64,000 nucleotides of DNA from a virus. Taxonomy: Duplodnaviria > Caudoviricetes. The DNA is taken from the IMG/VR virus record IMGVR_UViG_3300046524_000301, positions 8,569 to 72,568 of that record; one strand, given 5' to 3'. Positions 59,892 to 64,000 of this stretch are shown piece by piece. The notes beneath the pieces are model-generated. The model was not told where the DNA came from and searched no databases. It worked only from the letters and a program-made list of their open reading frames with translations. The stretch's first letter is position 1. Every line of letters starts with the position of its first letter. Made by a program: the position numbers and the translations under genes.

Positions 59892-61067
59892 ATGCTCAAC
59901 AAACTAACAGAATGGATACGGAGAGTACTATTCAACAAACAATCAACGCCGAAGAATCAAGGAGAAATCGTGCCAATTAAAGTTCAGTTCATTCTCAAGT
60001 ACAGAGAGAACCAATATACAAACGAAGACGGATATAACTGTTCGGGTATGCTTGAGAGCGGCCTGTTCAACAGCGCACGCTTTATGGTTGAAATGCTCAA
60101 TGAAGAGCCTGACCGGTACGAAGCAGAAATCGTACATGTAGAAGATAACAACGCTATCGATCGTGAAGTCAACCGCTTTAAACCAAATGTTGTAATCATC
60201 GAAGCTTACTGGGTTGTTCCAGAGAAGTTCGATGTCTTAGCAAAACTTCACCCAAATGTGAAGTGGGTTATTCGTAACCATAGTAAGTCGCCGTTCCTTG
60301 CGAATGAAGGAATTGCGTTTGACTGGTCGATGCGTTATACAGACTATCCAAACGTATATGTATCGTCAAACTCTGAAGTTACCAATGATGAAATCGCACA
60401 ACTAGCATACAACCATCATGGTGATTGGACTCTGCAGCAAGCTAAGGAACGTTGCCCCTTTCTGCCAAACTACTATCCCATTCAGAGGCTTAAGCAGGAT
60501 CGTCCAGATTACAAGTCCAAACACAATGAGGTTCATATTGGCTGCTTTGGTGCAATTCGTCCGCTTAAGAATCACGTGATTCAGGCAATTGCTGCTATCA
60601 AGTTTGCTAATCGTATGGGTAAAAAACTGTACTTCCATATCAATTCGACCCGTATGGAAGGCTCGGGTGCTAATCAGGTTCTTAAGAATCTTCAAATGAT
60701 TTTCCAGAACATTGACCATGAACTGGTTGAACATAACTGGATGCCGCATCATGAGTTCCTTAAGCTTGTCGGTACAATGGATTTCGGTTTACAAGTATCA
60801 TACACCGAAACTTTCAATATTGTAACAGCTGATCAGGTTTCTCAGGGAGTTCCAGTGATTGTGTCAGAAGAAGTAGATTGGATCGATGGAATGTTCATCG
60901 CAGATCCTAACGACTCTAACGACATTGCAGAGAAACTGTTTGTGGCAAACATCTATGCCCGTGCTCAAGGCTGGGTGTATCGAAATCACAACAATCTTGC
61001 TGAATACAACGAGAAGACTCGCAAAGCCTGGTTCAGGGAACTGACTAGACTCACTGCAAAAGACTAA
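59892..61067 (+). CDS. GT-B (GT4-like) glycosyltransferase
   Basis: GCFGAIRPLKN and SYTETFNIVTAD...GVPVI; alternative GTG start near 59970. Confidence 0.8.
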   Translation: MLNKLTEWIRRVLFNKQSTPKNQGEIVPIKVQFILKYRENQYTNEDGYNCSGMLESGLFNSARFMVEMLNEEPDRYEAEIVHVEDNNAIDREVNRFKPNVVIIEAYWVVPEKFDVLAKLHPNVKWVIRNHSKSPFLANEGIAFDWSMRYTDYPNVYVSSNSEVTNDEIAQLAYNHHGDWTLQQAKERCPFLPNYYPIQRLKQDRPDYKSKHNEVHIGCFGAIRPLKNHVIQAIAAIKFANRMGKKLYFHINSTRMEGSGANQVLKNLQMIFQNIDHELVEHNWMPHHEFLKLVGTMDFGLQVSYTETFNIVTADQVSQGVPVIVSEEVDWIDGMFIADPNDSNDIAEKLFVANIYARAQGWVYRNHNNLAEYNEKTRKAWFRELTRLTAKD

Positions 61068-61106
61068 AGAAAAAGCCCGGTGTTAGCTGGGCTTTTTACT
61101 TTGGGC

Positions 61107-61397
61107 TTAACGCCAGGAGACGGTAACAGTGAGATATCGAATGCTGCTATCGTCGTATTCGAGAACCTTCAGCTCTTCTCGATTGATCATTGCGACGAGA
61201 TCAGCGCCGAGGCTTTCACGCTCATCTTTCGATAAGTCAGTCCAGTCAACGGTAAGTTCGTTGGAAGTGTGTCCCCGGCGAGCACGCTGAAGACAGTCTT
61301 CCTTGAACTTGTTAAACGTGTATACAGCTTTGCTTCCATCGGATGCAGAATTGGCTGCGGCGCAAACATCACGAAGGGTTTGGGCAAGTGCGGTCAT
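61107..61397 (-). CDS. hypothetical early protein
   Basis: Promoter 61441; AGGA RBS. Confidence 0.6.
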   Translation of the reverse strand: MTALAQTLRDVCAAANSASDGSKAVYTFNKFKEDCLQRARRGHTSNELTVDWTDLSKDERESLGADLVAMINREELKVLEYDDSSIRYLTVTVSWR

Positions 61398-61472
61398 GGT
61401 CTTGAGTTCCTATAAAAAGGTAGTTGTTGTATCTACTTTACTTATACCAGTTCGAAGAGCCAATCTTGAAAG

Positions 61473-61500
61473 GCTAAAAAAATCCGGCACGAAGCCGGAT
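61473..61500 (-). terminator. terminator of the RT operon
   Basis: ATCCGGC-TTCGT-GCCGGAT-TTTTTT-AG on the - strand. Confidence 0.8.
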
Positions 61501-61531
61501 CCTTATACAGTGGGGGGTTCCTAAGAAGTTA

Positions 61532-61597
61532 TCATGTAACTACGTTGCAGTGATCGAGTTCACTTACTGCGATGAAGTGTGGAATTATGCGGTCCAT
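61532..61597 (-). CDS. 21-aa mini-ORF in the 3' region of the RT operon
   Basis: AGGGAG RBS; MDRIIPHFIAVSELDHCNVVT. Confidence 0.3.
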   Translation of the reverse strand: MDRIIPHFIAVSELDHCNVVT

Positions 61598-61652
61598 ATT
61601 AACTCTCCCTTTTATACTACTACGTTGAAGAAATACTTCTACTACGGTAGTA

Positions 61653-61785
61653 CAGGCCAAGCTCGAAGAAGCAGACTATAGTTTTTTACCCAGAAAACTA
61701 GTCATAAAAACTGGCAGAGATTTTCAGATGCGGTCTGATATTTGCTCTACAGTGTTCCAGAGTCTAACGACATAAAGTACTTTTA
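61653..61785 (-). ncRNA. 3' half of a putative split retron ncRNA (msd-like region plus a2)
   Basis: a2-like 13-mer at 61662-61674 is the exact reverse complement of 63332-63344; local hairpins TAGTTTT/AAAACTA and TCAGA/TCTGA. Confidence 0.6.
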
Positions 61786-62799
61786 CGTTTCCTCTGCGGC
61801 AATGGGTTGGCCTTGCTCCGCATTGACTTGCTTTAGCTTTGACTTTAAACGATCACCAGCTGTGGGATTCAGCTGACTGAACCAGTTCAATCGCCCCATG
61901 AGTTTACTGTAAAACTGATCTGCACTGATACCGGCCTTTGCAGCTTCTGCTTCGATACCATTTTTATTGCAGTTGTAAACCATAGCTCTGAGTTTGTTAC
62001 GCTCAGTTTTTTGCAGATTGACCATAACGTTCACAACGGCTCCGCAAACATACTGCCGTTGGAAATAACGCATTACTTTGGTCTTCTTGGTATTTATCCG
62101 AAATCTATACCGACCAACTTCACGCGATACTACTTCAAGAAGATCTTTAACAATACCCTTCCCGTGTTTGATCCTTGTTTCCCGATCCATAGAGATTGTG
62201 ATGTCATCTGCGTAGATGCTCAAGGTATAGCCTTGCTTGTCACAATACTCTTTTATCGCAGGCCCGAACGTAAGCGCAGTGATGATATTACTGAGCTTAG
62301 GACTTGTCAGCGCGCCTTGGGGAACGAACGAATCGTAGGTGCAAAGCTCTGACAGGGTTCGTGCAGGTTTCTCGCCGAAACCGATATGCTGGAACAAGTC
62401 AAACAACTGATACTGCTTGATAGAAGTAAAGAAATCTTCAAGGTCGATACTCACGACCATATCCTTACCCACATGGCGTTGTGCCATCTTCGGAATACTC
62501 TTGCCCTTCTCAAAAGCTTGAATATACTCCGGAACTTCAATCTTATTCAGCACCTGGGTCAGGATTTTGTACTGAATAACTCGCATCAGATTATCAGGAT
62601 TGTGAAGAATCCGTAATTTCGAACTCCCCCTCTTTCGCAGCGATAAAATCGAATAATGCTCCGATTTGGTCATCCCAAGCAGCGTCAGCAACTGCGTGTT
62701 CTTCCACTTCAGTTTTTGCGCTAACTCCTGATTGGTCTGAATGTTGAATGGCTTTGATTGAGGCGGGTTCGACAGTTCCAACGTTTCCTGATTTTCCAT
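61783..62799 (-). CDS. retron-type reverse transcriptase
   Basis: K..R.L..P, region X variant MAQRH (NAxxH), DLEDFF, PQGALTSP.LSN, YADD, region Y variant VCG (VTG). Confidence 0.92.
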   Translation of the reverse strand: MENQETLELSNPPQSKPFNIQTNQELAQKLKWKNTQLLTLLGMTKSEHYSILSLRKRGSSKLRILHNPDNLMRVIQYKILTQVLNKIEVPEYIQAFEKGKSIPKMAQRHVGKDMVVSIDLEDFFTSIKQYQLFDLFQHIGFGEKPARTLSELCTYDSFVPQGALTSPKLSNIITALTFGPAIKEYCDKQGYTLSIYADDITISMDRETRIKHGKGIVKDLLEVVSREVGRYRFRINTKKTKVMRYFQRQYVCGAVVNVMVNLQKTERNKLRAMVYNCNKNGIEAEAAKAGISADQFYSKLMGRLNWFSQLNPTAGDRLKSKLKQVNAEQGQPIAAEET

Positions 62800-63094
62800 T
62801 TACTTTGTCTCTTTTAGGTACAGCAACTTCTCGTGACTTACGAATGATTTGCCGCAATAGATCTTGCGGAGTAACGCGGTAGGGTTTCTTCCCTACAATT
62901 GCGATACCTTCCATCAAGACCGGTGGCGATTTTTCGAAGCGGATAATACTATCCGTCTCAGTGAACGTCTTCACTTTGATCGGATAATAGTTGTACAACT
63001 GTCCGGTCTTCACAACGTAATAATTGTCTTTGACCGTCAATTCAGACGTCGCTAACTTTGGTACGTTCTTCGAGTTAACGGATGAAAGATCCAT
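62594..63094 (-). CDS. RT-associated partner protein (overlaps the RT 5' end by 206 nt)
   Basis: 166-aa ORF directly upstream of the RT; basic N-domain and acidic/aromatic tail. Confidence 0.65.
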   Translation of the reverse strand: MDLSSVNSKNVPKLATSELTVKDNYYVVKTGQLYNYYPIKVKTFTETDSIIRFEKSPPVLMEGIAIVGKKPYRVTPQDLLRQIIRKSREVAVPKRDKVNGKSGNVGTVEPASIKAIQHSDQSGVSAKTEVEEHAVADAAWDDQIGALFDFIAAKEGEFEITDSSQS

Positions 63095-63156
63095 ATTGCA
63101 CCAGTGTTAATGTGGGTAGTTACTACCCACGGTTCTAAAAGAGCTAAGCGAGGACT

Positions 63157-63285
63157 TTAAACTGCGTGTTGTTCGCTCAGCTTGTCCGTCAGATGCTCGG
63201 CTACTTCCAGGATCGTTGTAGCGATCCGGAGTGCAACCTTGACAATCTTCACAAACATGATGAGCTTCATTAGGAATTTACCCAT
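63157..63285 (-). CDS. 42-aa amphipathic/hydrophobic peptide, first ORF of the RT operon (not in ORF track)
   Basis: GGAG RBS; MGKFLMKLIMFVKIVKVALRIATTILEVAEHLTDKLSEQHAV. Confidence 0.6.
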   Translation of the reverse strand: MGKFLMKLIMFVKIVKVALRIATTILEVAEHLTDKLSEQHAV

Positions 63286-63300
63286 GAGCGATCTCCAGTG

Positions 63301-63360
63301 AACCCCAAAGGCTGGGGCTAAAAGAATGTCGCTGCTTCTTCGAGTAGGGTAGTGCCTGAC
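63301..63360 (-). ncRNA. 5' half of a putative split retron ncRNA (a1, branch-G context, msr-like hairpin)
   Basis: Starts just after promoter 63367; CTCGAAGAAGCAG-CGACAT-T-CTTTTA, then hairpin AGCCCCA/TGGGGTT. Confidence 0.6.
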
Positions 63361-63430
63361 ACTATTGTTATACCAAAAATGTCAAAGTTGTTGAGGTCGA
63401 AATTAACGAGGCCCTTGAGCCTCGCTTCCG

Positions 63431-63826
63431 TCAAATAATGTAACGTTCTTGCCGTTTTCGTTTGAGGTTAAGGTCATGACAGAAAACTTCGTCCTTCAAC
63501 CATTCGAAGGCCATCATAACATCGAAGGGCATCTGGAACTTCGTCCGGTATAAGTCTTTGTCATATCCGAACGAGAAAAATTCGTTTTCAAAATATAGTA
63601 TGCCTTGCCTAGGCGCATCTTGAGTCCACAATCGAGCTTCCGCTATGGAACGCTGCCTCTCAAGTTTCCACCTCCAGTCATCCAAACGATGCTGAGGTGC
63701 TGGCGAGAAGAGGTCGCAGCCAAATCCTCGTTCAAACTTTACAAGAGCAAATTCTTCTTTTTCCCGAACAACGCTAAGACTGTTGAAATGCATATGTCGG
63801 AGAACCATGACATTACTCCTTGACAA
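63431..63826 (-). CDS. hypothetical early protein
   Basis: Promoter 63862; AAGGAG RBS. Confidence 0.6.
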   Translation of the reverse strand: MSRSNVMVLRHMHFNSLSVVREKEEFALVKFERGFGCDLFSPAPQHRLDDWRWKLERQRSIAEARLWTQDAPRQGILYFENEFFSFGYDKDLYRTKFQMPFDVMMAFEWLKDEVFCHDLNLKRKRQERYII

Positions 63827-63875
63827 TATTTAGGTATAGAGACTACAGGTACTACATAGTTCTTATACCAAAAAC

Positions 63876-64000
63876 TGGACACAGACTAAAACGCTGAAAG
63901 CCTTACTGGTATTGGGTTTTCGAGGAGTGTGTCCAATTTGTCCAATTTCACTTTTCACTATTGGACAGCCGCAAAGCCTTATCCAGCTTGAGTTCTAGAC
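63876..64000. repeat. cluster of TGTCCA/TGGACA repeats and AAAGCCTTA motifs (runs off window)
   Basis: TGGACAC, TGTCCAATT x2 tandem, ATTGGACA, AAAGCCTTA x2. Confidence 0.45.

Noticed and set aside
61783-62799. RT as a DGR or group II intron RT
   Set aside because: It has PQGA and region X/Y-like retron motifs rather than DGR-type features. I saw no TR/VR pair differing at adenines, no maturase or endonuclease domain and no intron domain V.
61500-63430. CRISPR-like or regular repeat array beside the RT
   Set aside because: Only two degenerate copies of short motifs were found, with no regular repeat-spacer periodicity and no cas genes in the window.
1-64000. tRNA or rRNA genes, integrase, transposase, alternative genetic code
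   Set aside because: None was recognised by eye. ORFs are long and contiguous under the standard code. tRNAscan was not run, so a tRNA could have been missed.

Overview
This is a 64-kb segment of a large lytic myovirus (jumbo-like dsDNA phage), probably infecting a Burkholderiales-type host; the host is inferred only from GC-rich moron genes. The + strand carries late and structural modules: probable portal, prohead protease, scaffold/core proteins, major capsid protein, neck, tail sheath and tube, spike and fibres. It also carries a phage multisubunit RNA polymerase split over three genes and a sigma70-like factor. Islands of early genes sit on the - strand: kinase, dCMP deaminase, helicases, hydrolase, transglycosylase, phosphoesterase and many small membrane proteins. 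Two promoter motifs recur, TGGTATAAG (about 20 copies, early islands) and TAAAATA (about 15 copies, structural genes), along with a terminator signature hairpin-U(n)-AG. Two systems stand out. (1) A retron-type reverse transcriptase operon whose a1/a2-like 13-bp inverted repeats lie about 1.67 kb apart and enclose the protein genes, with further flanking helices, suggesting a split retron ncRNA that wraps around its own mRNA. (2) A shared N-terminal NKYLEKIA tag on ten proteins, including a DNA ligase and a SNF2 helicase, with an internal copy in a LigD-type phosphoesterase. Together with abundant KxA motifs, this suggests a capsid-targeting and protease-processing code that loads a DNA-repair kit into the virion. 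All calls are from manual motif reading; no database searches or folding computations were run.
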